DNA of 64,000 bases from NCBI RefSeq assembly GCF_004010195.1, contig NW_025215380.1, positions 108,428 through 172,427 on the forward strand, read 5' to 3'. The position numbers were made by a program, and so were the translations under genes. Position 1 is the stretch's first letter, and the number at the start of each line of letters is the position of its first letter. The notes beneath the pieces are model-generated. The model was not told where the DNA came from. It saw only the letters and a list, made by a program, of their open reading frames with translations, and did not search any database. Of the stretch, positions 1 through 12,196 are shown in pieces. Source of the DNA: Chiloscyllium plagiosum (Eukaryota).

Positions 1-445
1 CCAGCCTGTTCAGCCTCTCCCTGTAGCTCAAATCCTCCAACCCTGGCATCCTTGTAAATCTTTTCTGAACCCTTTCAAGTTTCACAACGTCTTTCCGAGA
101 GGAAGGAGACCAGAATTGCATGGAAACCACTCTCTGGCTGCAGATATTACTCCTTATCTCCATTTTAAAAGGCCTTCCTTTTACTCTAAGGCTGTGCCCT
201 TGGGTCCTAGTCTCTCCTCCCAATGGAAATATCTTCCCAACATCGACTCTGTCCAGGTCATTCAGTATTCTGTATGTTACATCCCCCCTCATCCTTCTAA
301 ACTCCATTGAGTATAGACCCAGAGTCCTCTAACTTTCCTCATATGGGACCACTCTCGTGAACCTCCTCTGAACCCGCTCCAGGGCCAGTACATCCTTCCT
401 GAGATATTGGGTCCAAAACTGTGCACAATACTCCAAATGTGGTCT
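1..445 (-). mobile_element. CR1/HER1-type LINE 3' fragments (two pieces)
   Basis: Minus strand matches the CR1 ORF2 C-terminal region (QFWSP..., LERVQKRFTRMLPGL..LSYRERLNRL) seen in other copies in this window; degenerate. Confidence 0.75.
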
Positions 446-1607
446 GCCTGCCTGTAAACTCAGGAATGAAAATCATCCGGCCCATGTTCCAGTCTCCCTT
501 CACCTGCTGGCGTCATAGTCCGACAGAGGTCATTTGCCCAGGCAGAGGGTTGCAACATCGCAATGGTGAGGGGGTCCAACAGTTGGGTGGGACCAGGCCC
601 AGAGGAGAGGGAAGTGGGAAACTTTGTACCCTATCCGACCCGTCTGCTGGAAATATCCAGGGTGGTGGACAGAGAAATCAGCTCTTATTAACAAAGCCGA
701 ACAGGTCTCACAGCTGCGCACATTGTCCATGCCTATTGCTAATTGAGCCTGGAAATCTGTAGTACTGACAGACTCAGTGCTGCGCACTCAGAGATGCTCT
801 CATTCAGATCAGACCTTAAACCGATGTCCTGTCTGCTATCTACAGCAGAGGGACAAATTCCCACATCAAAGAGTTCATCCTGGTCAATGTTTCTCTCTCA
901 ATTTGTTAACAGTCTCATTGGTGTTTGTCTGCTAATGGGTTACCATGATTCCAACAGCAATGAGTGCATAATCCAAAGAACCTCATTGGCTGTACGCTAC
1001 GTTAAGATGGTCCTGATGTTCCCCCAGGCAGACACATCGGTGCAAGTTACTTCTACAAAGACTATAAGCTCGTCACAAACTATCTGGAAACTGTGTGGGG
1101 GATATCAACTGCTTCCAGTCAATATCATGGTTTCTTTATTTGCAACACCAGCTCAGATCAGGGTCAAACCAGCTCAGAAACACAGTCTCATGATCGGTAT
1201 CATTGAAAGTTAAATGGAATAAAAATATCAAGTGGTACTCTGACTATGATTACTGAGCAGTGTGGACAGACAGGGAACCGTTGCTGCTGGGGGGGCTCAG
1301 GTTTGAGGATGGTGCGTGTCTGCCTGGATGGGCCTTCAGCAGAGTCAGGGTGCTCAGTGTTGGCTCCATACATTCTCCAACACGTGGGGGCAAGATATCA
1401 CACAGGCAAATGGAATGGGCAGCTCTGTCCTCTGCTGTCACCACTCTCCCTTGTGGTTGAGCTGCTGAGCCTTGAAGTGTCGTTGTTAGAGTGGGAGGCC
1501 ACGCTGAACGATCAGCAATTTTCTCCTCCCAGTCAGGGATAGCAACACTGCCACGTTTTCAGTCAACATTGAGCACAACCCTTCCCCTTCCTGTTTGGCT
1601 GCACTTT

Positions 1608-2180
1608 CCTGCTGGGAGCGGAGGAACCTGCTGGGACAGGGGAAACATGCTTGGAGAGAAGGAGCCTGCTGGGAGAGGAAAAACCTGCTGGGAGAGGAGG
1701 AACCTACTGGGAGAGAAGGAGCCTGCTGGGACAGGAGGAGCCTGCTGGGACAGGAAACACCCGCTGGGAGAGGAGGAACCTGCTGGGAGAGGAGGAACCT
1801 GCTGGGCGAGAAAGTACCTGCTGGGAGAAGAGAAACCCGGGTTCAGTTCCTGCCTCAGGCGACTGACTGTGTGGAGTTTGCACATTCTCCCCGTGTCTGC
1901 GTGGGTTTCCTCCGGGTGCTCCGGTTTCCTCCCACAGTCCAAAGATGTGCAGGTTAGGTGAATTGGCCACGCTAAATTGCCCGTAGTGTTAGGTGAAAGG
2001 GTAATTGTAGGGGAATGGGTCTGGGTGGGTTGCTCTTTGGTGGGTCGGTGTGGACTTGTTGGGCTGACGGGACTGTTTCCACACTGTAAGTAATATAATC
2101 TAATCTAGACCTGCTAGGAGAGGAGGAACCTGCTGAAAGAGGAGGAACTTGCTGGGAGAGGAGGAACCTGCTGGGAGAGA
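1608..2180 (+). repeat. 19-bp minisatellite (CCTGCTGGGAGAGGAGGAA), interrupted by a SINE
   Basis: About 12 units at 1608-1838 and about 4 more at 2110-2180. Confidence 0.9.
1836..2108 (+). mobile_element. HE1-type SINE, 5'-truncated
   Basis: GACTGTGTGGAGTTTGCACATTCTCCCCGTG core, CR1-like 3' tail, (TAATC)n end. Confidence 0.85.
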
Positions 2181-2542
2181 CCCTCCTGATGGAGATGGGT
2201 TTCAGGCCTACAGATGCAATGGCCTATCCATTGATTCCAGATGAGCAGGGCTATGATACAGATAGATGCAACTTTCTGGGGATGGTCACGTTGGTCTGGC
2301 AATCTCTCCATCTGATGAGGTTTCAATTCAGGCCTCAGCAGTGGAAGCTCTCCAGGATCTGAATGTGTTGTGAGCGGACAGACCAGGTTTCACCACAGTC
2401 AAGGAGCATGGCTCAGCACGATAGCCTGAGGGAGCAGGCCCTTTGCTGATTTCCAGGGGTCCCTGTTGTCTGAAGAAGCCAGAGCAGGCACAGTGCTGCT
2501 CCTCTTCATTCATGGTCGTCCCTTGGGAAAGCCGGCTGCCGA

Positions 2543-2790
2543 GACACAGCGCCAGAGACCCAGGTTCAATTCATATTGAAGTGGATAGTGTGTTTGCGTG
2601 GGTTTCCTCCGGGTGCTCCGGTTTCTTCCCACAGTCCAAACATATGCAGGTTAGGTGAATTGGCCATGCTAAATTGCCCATAGTGTTAGGTGAAGGGGTA
2701 TATATAGGGGAATGGGTCTGGGTGGGTTGCTCTTCGGAGGGTCAGTGTGGACTTGTTGGGCCGAAGGGCCTGTTTCCACACTGTAATCTA
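2543..2790 (+). mobile_element. HE1-type SINE
   Basis: Same core and tail as the other copies, with an internal deletion. Confidence 0.8.
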
Positions 2791-2859
2791 TACTCAATGC
2801 CCTGACTGATGAAGACCAATGTGCCAAAAGCCTTCTTCTTCAGTGGCCTGTCTTTGACC

Positions 2860-3705
2860 AAGATCTCTGTATCCTTGCTAGCCAGTGGAGAGGTCCTGGA
2901 GGACTGGCAAATAGCTAATGTTGTTGTTCTGTTCGAGAAGGATAATCCAGGAAACCACAAACCGACGAGTCTCACAGCAGTGATTGGGAAGCTATTGGAG
3001 AGAGTTCTTCAGGGTAGGGTTTATACACATTTGGAGAGGCATGGCCTCATTAGAAACAGTCAGCATGGCTTTGTGCAGGACAGATCATGTCATACTAACT
3101 TGACTGAATGTTTTGAGGAGCTGACTAAGGATAGAGCGATGGGTGTTGTTTAACTGTACAAGGATTTTAGTAAGGCTTTCAACAAGGTCCCTTATGGTAG
3201 GCTCAGCTCGAAGATGCACAGGTCCACACTGACTTGGCCACGTGGATTCAGAATTGGCTTGCCCATAGATGGCAGAGGGTAATGGTGGAAGGGTGTTTTT
3301 AAAGTTGGAAATCTGTGACTAGTGGTGCTCCACACGGATCCATATTGGAACCTCTGCTGCTTCTGTCATTTATAAATGACTTGGATGAAAATGTAGATGG
3401 GTGGGTTAGTAAGTTTGCAGGCGATACAAAGATGGTGGAGTTGTGGATAGTGTGGAAGGTTGTCAAAGCATACAGTGGGATATAGATCAAATGCAATTAT
3501 GGGCAGAGAAATGGCAAATGGAATTTAATCTGGATAAGTGTGAGGTGCTGCACTTTGAAAGATCATAAAGTTAAGAAAAAATATACAGTTAAAGGCAGGA
3601 CCCAGAACAGCACTGATGGACTGAAGGACCTTGGGGTTCAAGTCCAGAGTTCTCCAAACTTGGGTAGGGTGGTAAAGATGGCAGCTGGCATGCTCGCTTT
3701 CATTG
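2860..3705 (+). mobile_element. CR1/HER1-type LINE reverse-transcriptase fragment (decayed)
   Basis: EDWQIANVV..FEK..PGNHKPTSLT, SQHGFVQDRSCHTNL, DFSKAFNKVP, FINDLD..VSKFAGDTK; stops and frameshifts present. Confidence 0.9.
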
Positions 3706-4459
3706 CGAGTGAGACAAGGGGAAATAGTGCTAACCACTGTGCCACCGTGGGAAGGGGTATCCATAGGAGGTTTCAAAAAAGAGCTGGAGATATATTTGAA
3801 AGTAATGAATTTAGAGGGCTAGGGAGATAGGACTGGAGAATAGGACAAGCTGGCTTGCTCTTTCAAGAGCGAGTGCAGACACAATGGGTCGAATGCACCT
3901 TTTGTATTGTCAAATTCCATGACTTAATACTGAAGCAGTACTTTAACACATAGCAGTCTGAACATCAGATTATTTCATATATTTAACATCAAAACAGCCC
4001 TATGACAGACTGCAGGGACTGGCCATGAAGTGTCTAAATGTCAGATTTTAATAATTTAAAAACTCTTTAATTAATTGAGCTAAGTCTGACGGAAGGAACG
4101 TGCTAGAGAGTGAATGAAAATAAGAGGGTGAATGTATTCAGCACTGAAACAGTTTTTGTAAAGAGACAGCAGGGATTTTAATAAAGACTTTTAAATTAAT
4201 AAACCTAAGGCAGACAAGAGGAATTTGACACAGTGTGAGTGAAAACCACATTATGAATAATGAAGGTCTCCTGGTCTGACAGAGTGAGAACGCAAAATGA
4301 ATGTTTCATGCTGGAGTAAAACAGCCAGAGAACAGGGGGTTGGCATTTTGTTCATTTTTTTTTCCATAATGCCCTATCCATCTGTGACTCACTCACTCAC
4401 TCATCCCCACTTCCTTTCCCCATTAGCTCTCAGATTAGCTTTTCCTGTTCACTTTATTG

Positions 4460-4640
4460 GCCTCTTTCTTTCTCTTTATCTGTCGTGTTTTTTTTTGTCT
4501 TTCTTTCTCCCACTCTATCTCCCAATCTCTCTCTTTGTTTGTCTCTCTCTCTCTCTCTCTCTCCCCCTCTCCCTCTCTCTCTGTCTCTCCCACATCGCTC
4601 CTGTTCTCTCCCTCCCTTCCTTCCTGTGTTGCTCTTTGCT
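4460..4640. repeat. CT-rich simple repeat
   Basis: (CT)n and pyrimidine-rich run. Confidence 0.85.
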
Positions 4641-5324
4641 CCTTACTGCCTAATCTCTCTGACAAGCACAGAGACAGATGCGAATGGTTCACACCGAATG
4701 ACTTCAGTCCCTGGGGGAGGTGGAGAGAGAGCTGTCCCTGTTGTGGAGGAGCCGAGTGTCAGAGTCATTCACCAGTGGCCCAGAAGCTTTGACATACATT
4801 GTTCACCCGTGCACAGGCGCACAGCTCCACTTTGGACCCAGTCCAATTCGAAACAGCAGCTGTCTCCTGTTTTTTCTTCCAGTGGAGAGCAGGGAGGGAG
4901 TTACGGTACAGTTGATCAATCCAAGAATGGCCTGAATTAATAAAGGGTGAGGTTGTTCCAGGCCTCTGTGAGCAATGTGGAGTCATAAAACCGAGGACCA
5001 ATGCTTAAGTTGACCTGAGAGAGACAGAAGGAACTTGGTGTACAGTGTGTATATGTCAGTTGAAACTCAGAATGGGATGACAGGAGGGAAATAGCAAAAC
5101 CTCAAAGGACAGCTAATGATTCAACTCATCCAGGGGGACACACGGATAAGAACAGGTGCAATCCTGGTTTTGCACCAAATCCAGTTTCTAACCTAGAAGG
5201 AAGAGGGATTTATAAAGGAAATTGAATGGGCACTTGAACCAAATAAATCTGTAGGGCTGTGGGGAAGGGAAAGAGGAAGGTGATGGATTGGGCTGTTCTG
5301 GGGAGAGGCTAACATGGGCTGGGA

Positions 5325-5985
5325 GTCATACAGCATGGAAGCCTTTGGTCCGATTCATCAATATCGACCAGATATCCCAACCCAATCTAGTCCCATTTGC
5401 CTGCATTTGGCTCACATCGCTCTAAACCCTTCCTTTTCATATATCCATCCAAATGCCTTTTAAAAGGTTTAGAGGGATTTGGACAGGGTGCTGGCAGGCG
5501 GGACTAGATTGGGTTGGGATATCTGGTCGGCATGGATGAGTTGGACTGAATGGTTTGTTTCCGTGCTGTACATCTCAATGACTCTATGACTAAATGTTGC
5601 AATTGTACCAGCCTCCACCACTTCCTCTGGCAGCTCATTCCATACACACACCATCCTCTCCATGAGAAAGGACCTCAGGTCGTTTTTATATCCTTCCCCT
5701 CTCAACTTGAACCTACGTCCTCCAGTTCTGGACTCCCCTACCCTGGGGAAAAGACCTTGTCTATTTATCCTATCCATGCATCTCATGATTTTATAAACTT
5801 CCATAAGGTCACTCACCAGCCTCAGACGCTCCAAGAAAAACAGCCCCAGCCTATTCAGCCTCTCTCTATATCTCAGACCCTCCAACCCTGGCAACATCCT
5901 TGTGACTCCTTCCTGAGCCCTTTCCAGTTTTGCAACATCCTTCCTTCAGCAGGGAGACCAGAATTGAACACAATATTCCAAAAGT
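5325..5985 (-). mobile_element. CR1/HER1-type LINE 3' end with an inverted internal piece (about 5465-5590)
   Basis: ORF 5469..5897(-) MLPGLEGLRYRERLNRLGLF..VWNELPEEVVEAGTIATF; a reverse-oriented 3' UTR copy lies inside. Confidence 0.85.
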
Positions 5986-6512
5986 GATGGGCTGAATGGC
6001 CACTGTCCGTGCTGTAATGATTCTGCAGCTTAGATTTTCACCATTGGGCTGGAGAGAGGTCAGCTGCTGCGGTAGTGCACCTTCTGAGGGTGACCCTGGA
6101 CAGCTGTCTAAGATTGCCACTTCACCTTGGGGGTCTGATGTGAGACTGGTGGGGTGCGGAGACCCTGGGAATGCCCAGATCGATTCTCTAACACAGCCGC
6201 TGAGCAAACAGTCTTAAGCTACACGCGCCTTAAATCTCAGTCCAAAAACCCAGCATTCCACCTGCTCCTGTCGTATCCTTACCTGGAATGCTGGGTTATT
6301 CCTTTCAAGGAAATGTGGGAATCTGAGCTGAACTGGGACCTGGCTGTTTTAGTCTTTGAGTCTCAAGTGTGCTGACACAGCCAGGAATGAAGGAGGCTCA
6401 TGGGATACTGAGCTTTATTACAAGAGGAATTCAGTGGGTAGATGCTTGGTTTCGACCAGGACAGACTCGATGGGCTGAAGTGCCCTTTGCTGTGCTGTGG
6501 AACTCTAGGATG

Positions 6513-6814
6513 GGGCGGCACGGTGGCTCAGTGGTTAGCACTGCTGCCTCACAGTGCCAGGGACCCGGGTTCGATTCCCACCTCAGTTGACTGTCTGTGT
6601 GGAGTTTGCACATTCTCCACATGTCTGCGTGGGTTTCCTCCGGTTTCCTCCCGCAGTCCAAAATTGTGCAGGTTATGGTGCCCATAAATTGCCCATAGTG
6701 TTAGGTGCATATAGGGGTAAATATAGGGTATGGGAAGTTACTCTTAAGAGGGTCGGTGTGGACTGGTTGGGCCGAAGGGCCTGTTTCCATACTGCACAGA
6801 ATCTAATCTAATCT
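6513..6814 (+). mobile_element. HE1-type SINE, near full length
   Basis: tRNA-like head with A box (TGGCTCAGTGG) and B box (GGTTCGATTCC), conserved core, (ATCTA)n tail. Confidence 0.9.
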
Positions 6815-7784
6815 CTCAAAGTCAAGATGTTGTGTTACAGTTCCACGGGTAAGACCACGTCTCGAATTCTCTGTGCTGTTTTGGTCTCCCTGTTTAAGGA
6901 GGTGGTTCACAGGAGGTTTCTCAGATTGGACCGAGTAGGTTATCTGATGAGGAAAAAGTTGGACAGACTGGGCTCTTGTCCCCTGGGAGTGTAGAGAGTG
7001 AGCGGTGATTGGATTGAAGTGTATAAGATCCTGGGCTGGGTGGGGATGTGGAAAAAGGGATGATTTCCTCTTGGGGGTCAGTCCAGAACTGGGGGCTGGA
7101 GGGGGTGCCACTGGTACAAAAGTAGGGGTCCGCCCACCACCTCCCCTCAGGACAGGGACAAGAAGAATGGTGTTCTCTCAGATAGTTGTGTGTGGGTGTG
7201 GAACTCTCTGTCTCAGAGGGTGGGGGTGTATGTCGGGACATTGAATATCTTTGGAGATGGGTTGGTCTGTGTGAGGGAGGGGGTGGGGATAGTCGGTGGG
7301 GGGGCAGGCAGGAACATGCAACTCGGAACACAGACACATCAGCTGTGAAAGGCAGAGCAGGCTCAAAGGGCAGAATGGCCCCAGTCCTACTCCTATTACT
7401 GAGATGTTTGTATGGCCCCAGGAGAAGATTGGGGGCGGGGGGGTTGTGAGCAGATGCTTTGAACGTTTGCAGTGTATTTGGTGAAGGAACCGTGCTGTGG
7501 GGAAGGGAGTATCACATACACACATGGCAACGAACGAGATTTGGATCAAGAATAAAGTAAAACAAAAAAAAATTCCTCAACTCTGGCTAGGACGATTGAG
7601 ATCATGCTGATAAAATCTATCCCAGCTGCCAATGTTGTCTGCAGGTTATTACTGAGTGTGGTCTCTTTCTTTCTTACTTTCCCACTGTCGGTTTAACTCA
7701 AAGATTTGTTTTCGATCTCCAACACACGTTGATAAAGTGCAGTGACATCAAGAGAAAGCAGATTTCTAACAAGACAGACAAACC

Positions 7785-8015
7785 CAGGGGTGCATAAAGT
7801 TAAAAAAAATCACACAACACCAGGTTATAATCCAACAGGTTTATTTGGAAGCACTAGCTTTCGGAGCGCTGCTCCAAACCACTTCATCAAACACTTGAAG
7901 AAGGAGCGTCGCTCCGAAAGCTAGTGCTTCCAATTAAACCTGTTGGACTATAACCTGGTGTTGTGTGATTTTTAACTTGGTACACCCCAGTCCAACACCG
8001 GTATCTCCAAATCAT
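7785..8015. mobile_element. Palindromic Penelope-derived mini-element (family A) with hammerhead-like core
   Basis: Inverted arms AAAAATCACACAACACCAGGTTATA...TATAACCTGGTGTTGTGTGATTTTT; core TTGAAGA-A-GGAGC..GCTCC-GAAA-GCTA at 7895-7923. Confidence 0.7.
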
Positions 8016-8534
8016 GAAACCCAGGGGTTACTGCTAAAGGCCTGGTGGTGAGCTCTGAATCGGGTTGGGGGCATCACTGAGAAGGTGGCATTTAGTGCCC
8101 ATCAATAATTGCCCTGAAGAGAATGCTGGGCAAGGCGTTGAATTGATGTGGGTCATTGCTTATGCCTGAAACATTGACTCTCCTGCTCCTCAAATGCTGC
8201 CTGACCTGCTGTGCTTTTCCAGTGCCACACTTTTCAACTCTGACATATACATGCTGTATATCAAGCTCCTTCTCACTGTCTCAGATGTACGAATGAAGAA
8301 GTGTTAAATATATTGATGAACACACACACACACACCTGAATACTTTCTCCTTGACTCAGCTCAATAAATTAACAAGTGTTAAAAATATTGATAGACTGAC
8401 ATACATTCCTGAAGAAGGGCTCATGCCCGGAACGTCGATTCTCCTGCTCCTTGGATGCTGCCTGACCTGCTGCGCTTTTCCAGCAACACATTTTCAGCTC
8501 TGATCTCCAGCATCTGCAGTCCTCACTTTCTCCT

Positions 8535-8900
8535 AAGAGGTGACTTGATAAAGGTGTACAAAATGTTGAGAGGCATAGATAGAGTGGATGGCCAGAGACT
8601 TCTTTCCCCAGGGCAGAAACGTCCACCACAAGGGAGCATAATTTTAAGGTAACTGGGGGAAGGTTTCGGGGAGATGGCAGAGGGAGGTTCTTTACCCAGA
8701 GAGTGGTGGGTGGGTAGAATGCTCTACCAGCAGTGGTAGTAGAGTGGGATACATTAGGAACATTTCAGCGATGCTTAAGTAGGCACATGGATGATATTGC
8801 AATGAGGGGTATGTAGGTTGGTCTGATCTTAGATTAGGATAAAAGGTCAGCACAACATTGAGGGCTGAAGGGCCTGTACCATACTATTCTATGTATATGT
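8535..8900 (+). mobile_element. CR1-type LINE 3' fragment
   Basis: RGDLIKVYKMLRGIDRVD motif plus CR1 3' UTR. Confidence 0.8.
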
Positions 8901-9181
8901 AGATGAATTGGTGCACACACACACAGTACACCAAACATCTTATTGACTCAGATCTGTAAATTAAAACGTGTTAAGACATATACATACTGTAAACAAGATT
9001 TCTCCTTGGCTCAGATTTATGTATTGAATAAATAGATAAACGGACACATATACACCGCACCGAGGGCCTTCTCTCGGTCTCAGATTTATGAATTAAGGCG
9101 ATTCCAGCCTGATGTTGCGGTCTGTGCTATCTAGTGGTTAAAGGGTCTGGAGTTGCTGAGTTTTAATGAAGAGGCACTGAC

Positions 9182-10226
9182 CTGCTGCTGCTGCCCGGCT
9201 CCTGTTGCCTCCCGCGGGGGTTTCTCTCTGGCTCTCCCCGGGTTGTTGGTACCGGGAGCTGCCCGGGACACTGTCCGGCTCCGGGCTGCCGGCTTCCTGC
9301 TGCAGGGCCGCCCTGATACCGGCCAGGAGCCGGGGGAAGGTGAGCCTCCCGCTCGGCGCTGCTGCTCTCCGGAGGCAGCCCATCAGCCCGGGAGGTAGCG
9401 CCGCCTCCCTCCGGCCTTCCCCCGGCCAGCGGCTCTCTATCTCCCGCAGCTCGACCGAGCCCCGACCCTCCTGGTCCAGGATGTCGAACAGGGTCCGCAG
9501 GCTGTGCAGGAACGAGCGGGGCTCCGGGTCCCGGGGATGGGGCTTCCTTGCATTGGGGTCCCTGGGGCTGAGGGCCTGGGGAAGGGGGTCTATGGGATGG
9601 GGGTCCCTGGGGTGGGGGTGGGGTCTCTGGGATTGGGGTCCCTGGGATGGGAGTCTCTGGGATTGGGGTCCCTGGGATGGGAGTCTCTGGGATTGGGGTC
9701 CCTGGGATGGGAGTCTCTGGGATTGGGGTCCCTGGGATGGGAGTCTCTGGGATTGGGGTCCCTGGGATGGGAGTCTCTGGGATTGGGGTCCCTGGGATGG
9801 GAGTCTCTGGGATTGGGGTCCCTGGGATGGGAGTCTCTGGGATTGGGGTCCCTGGGGGTGGGGGCTATGGGATAGGGGTCCCTGAGATGGGAGTCTCTGG
9901 GATTGGGGTCCCTGGGATGGGAGTCTCTGGGATTGGGGTCCCTGGGGTGGGGGTCTATGGGATAGGGGTCCCTGAGATGGGAGTCTCTGGGATTGGGGTC
10001 CCTGGGATGGGAGTCTCTGGGATTGGGGTCCCTGGGGTGGGGGTCTATGGGATAGGGGTCCCTGAGATGGGAGTCTCTGGGATTTGGGGTGGGGGTGGGG
10101 GTCTATGGGATTGGGGTCCCTGGGGTTGGGGTCCCTGAGGTGGGGGTGGGGGTGAAGTTCCCGGGACAGTGGGTCCCGGTGCAGTCTCGGCCGGTTCTCC
10201 CGGTGCAGCTCCTCGGGCCGGCTCAT
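9182..10226 (-). CDS. SAPCD2-like: First coding exon of a suppressor-APC-domain (SAPCD1/SAPCD2 family) gene
   Basis: PRSFLHSLRTLFDILDQEGRGSVELREIESRW..LPPGLMGCLRRAAAPSGRLTFPRLLAGIR closely resembles the human SAPCD2 N-terminus (PRAFLQSLRTLFDILD..LREIESRW..APASGYLTF). ATG at 10226, CpG-rich, donor CAG|GTCAGT after 9182 (phase 1). Later exons not identified; paralog identity uncertain. Confidence 0.88.
9631..10080. repeat. 30-bp G-rich minisatellite (GATTGGGGTCCCTGGGATGGGAGTCTCTGG) x15 with 90-bp higher-order structure
   Basis: Directly visible; lies inside the SAPCD ORF. Confidence 0.97.
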
Positions 10227-10634
10227 TGCTGCAGCCCCCCTCCCGGGGCCAGGCAGAGAGACTCTGCCTTACCCCGTGGGGCTCTCCATGTAGACAGCCC
10301 TGCAGTCTCTCACCCTGCTCCCCGGCTCTGGGAGCTGCAGGACCAGTCCTGGGCGGAGAGCTGAGCTTTGGCCAGAGCTGGCGGGTGGGGGGTGTTTCTC
10401 TGAGAGTGTGTGTGTGCGCGTTTCTAACTTCGGTCCTGGGTGTGTTCCTCTTTCTGTGCATGTGTGTGTGTGTGTGAGGAGCAAATTATTATTTACTTTC
10501 TACACATGCAGGCGTCTTTGTAAAATCCCGGGGTTTCAAAACACTTCTTTTTAAAAGCACAGAAATATAAAAACTATGTGCGTGCTTGTGTGTGTGTGGT
10601 TTTGTATACGTCTGCGTGTGTATACACTTATGAG

Positions 10635-11015
10635 CCATAGAGATGTACAGCACGGACACTGGTGGTCCATCTCGTCCATGCCGACCAGATATCCTACATT
10701 ATCCTAGTCCCACCTGCCAGCACCCGGCCCATATCCCTCCAAACCCTTCCTATTCATATACCCATCCAAATGCCTCTTAAATGTTGCAATTGTACCAGCC
10801 TCCACCACTTCCTCTGGCAGCTCATTCCATACACGTACCACCGTCTGGGTGAAAACGTTGCCCCTTAGCTCTCTTTTATATCTTTCCTCTCTCACCCTAA
10901 ACCTATGCCCCTCTAGTTCTGGACTCCCCCACCCCAAGGAAAAGATTTTATCTATTTACCCTATCCACGCCCCTCATGGTTTTATAAACCTCTATAAGGT
11001 CACCCCTCAGCTTCC
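10635..11015 (-). mobile_element. CR1/HER1-type LINE 3' end
   Basis: ORF 10704..10937(-) VWNELPEEVVEAGTIATFKRHLDGYM. Confidence 0.85.
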
Positions 11016-11529
11016 CAATAGAGTAGTCATTTATTGTGACTTACGTTTTTTTATAAAACAGTGAAAAGTGTTTAAGTCACCACGCCGCAGCTCCTCTATC
11101 AATAACAGAAAGCATAAGTATGAAAATAAAATTAAGAGAAAGTCCACAAAATGCCATGGATGACAGAGGGATAGGGAAAGGTTAAGCCAGGTCTGGAAGA
11201 ATAACAGAAATTGCTGGAGAAACTCAGCAGGTCTAGCAGCATCCATGGAAAGAGCAACAGAGTTAACGTTTTGGGTCAAGTGACCCTTCTTCCTTATTTT
11301 ACTTTAGTGAGGGTGTGGAATGTACTGCCTGGGAATGGTGGAGAGGCAGGTTCAACTGAGGCATTCCTGAGGGACAGAGGATGGGTATTTGGATAGAAAT
11401 GGGGGGGGAGGGGTCAGGGATAGTGGGGGAAAAGGAAGGAGATTGGGCCCTGGGGGATAGAACCGATGCAGGGATGGTGGGCTGAATGGCCTGCTGTGCT
11501 GTAAGAATCCTGTGCGTGTGTGATTACAG

Positions 11530-11651
11530 GCGGAGGAATCGAGTACCTGAGAACTACCCGTCATGGGTCAGTGACACCAGGGTCAACCCAGATGACATTG
11601 TGGAGTGTATTATCCAAACTCAGGACTTCACCAACTGCAGTGATTCCGAAG
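11530..11651 (+). CDS. EEIG1-like: Internal exon of an EEIG/FAM102-family gene (C-terminal region)
   Basis: Acceptor ttacag|G, donor GAAG|gtaagg (alternative donor AGG|gtaaga after 11737). Translation RRNRVPENYPSWVSDTRVNPDDIVECIIQTQDFTNCSDSE aligns with human EEIG1/FAM102A [40 protein letters not shown] (recalled sequence). Confidence 0.8.
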
Positions 11652-12158
11652 GTAAGGAAAGCCTGGCAGCCATCGGAACTCCAAGCGGGAACATTCCACG
11701 GCTCGGGAGTCTTCGGGCCACACTTCCTCTGGACAGGGTAAGATAGAGCCATCTCAGTGCAGAAGGAGACTGTTCAGCCCACTGAGCCCGTACTAGCCCC
11801 TTGGAGAGGTACCCGGTCAGTCCCATTACCCTCCCCACTGGGTGCCTCCTCCAGGTTATTCCCATTCCAATCTGACTGAAATTGTTTACTGTCGCTCCTT
11901 CCACCCTCCTTGCCCGCAGACGGTGCATTACCCACTCACTGGATCATCAAATTCCTTCCACCCCCCCTCCCCGTCCCCGTTACACCCCCTCCCCACCCTT
12001 ACATCATGCCTCATGTCCCCAAACCTAAAAGCTGTGTACCCCCTCACCCACACCCACCAGCCAGTGAGATCAGCTCCCTCTGCCTACCCTCAGCTAAACC
12101 TGTCACTACCCTGCCCAGCTCGACCAAACCTCCCCTCCACCCTCCCCACTCCAACCAG

Positions 12159-12196
12159 AGGCATTTGGACGAGGAATCTGAACGGACTATCGCCAG
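12159..12196 (+). CDS. Candidate micro-exon of the EEIG-like gene
   Basis: Pyrimidine tract + ccag|, donor CAG|gtttgt; phase-compatible between the 11737 donor and the 13579 exon. No homology support. Confidence 0.3.

Noticed and set aside
743-1213. 156-aa ORF ending IGIIES followed by AATAAA, reminiscent of the EEIG1 C-terminus
   Set aside because: Similarity is only 3-4 residues and it lies upstream of the EEIG-like exon; likely chance.
4798-4931. Possible second SAPCD exon (ttcag|GC..AAT|gtatgt on minus)
   Set aside because: Phase-compatible but no resemblance to SAPCD proteins; cannot be supported.
9205-10138. Plus-strand ORFs with WDWGPWDGSL, ESLGLGSLGW and GVSGIGVPGM repeats
   Set aside because: Antisense or alternative readings of the stop-poor minisatellite; only the minus frame reaches a conserved domain.
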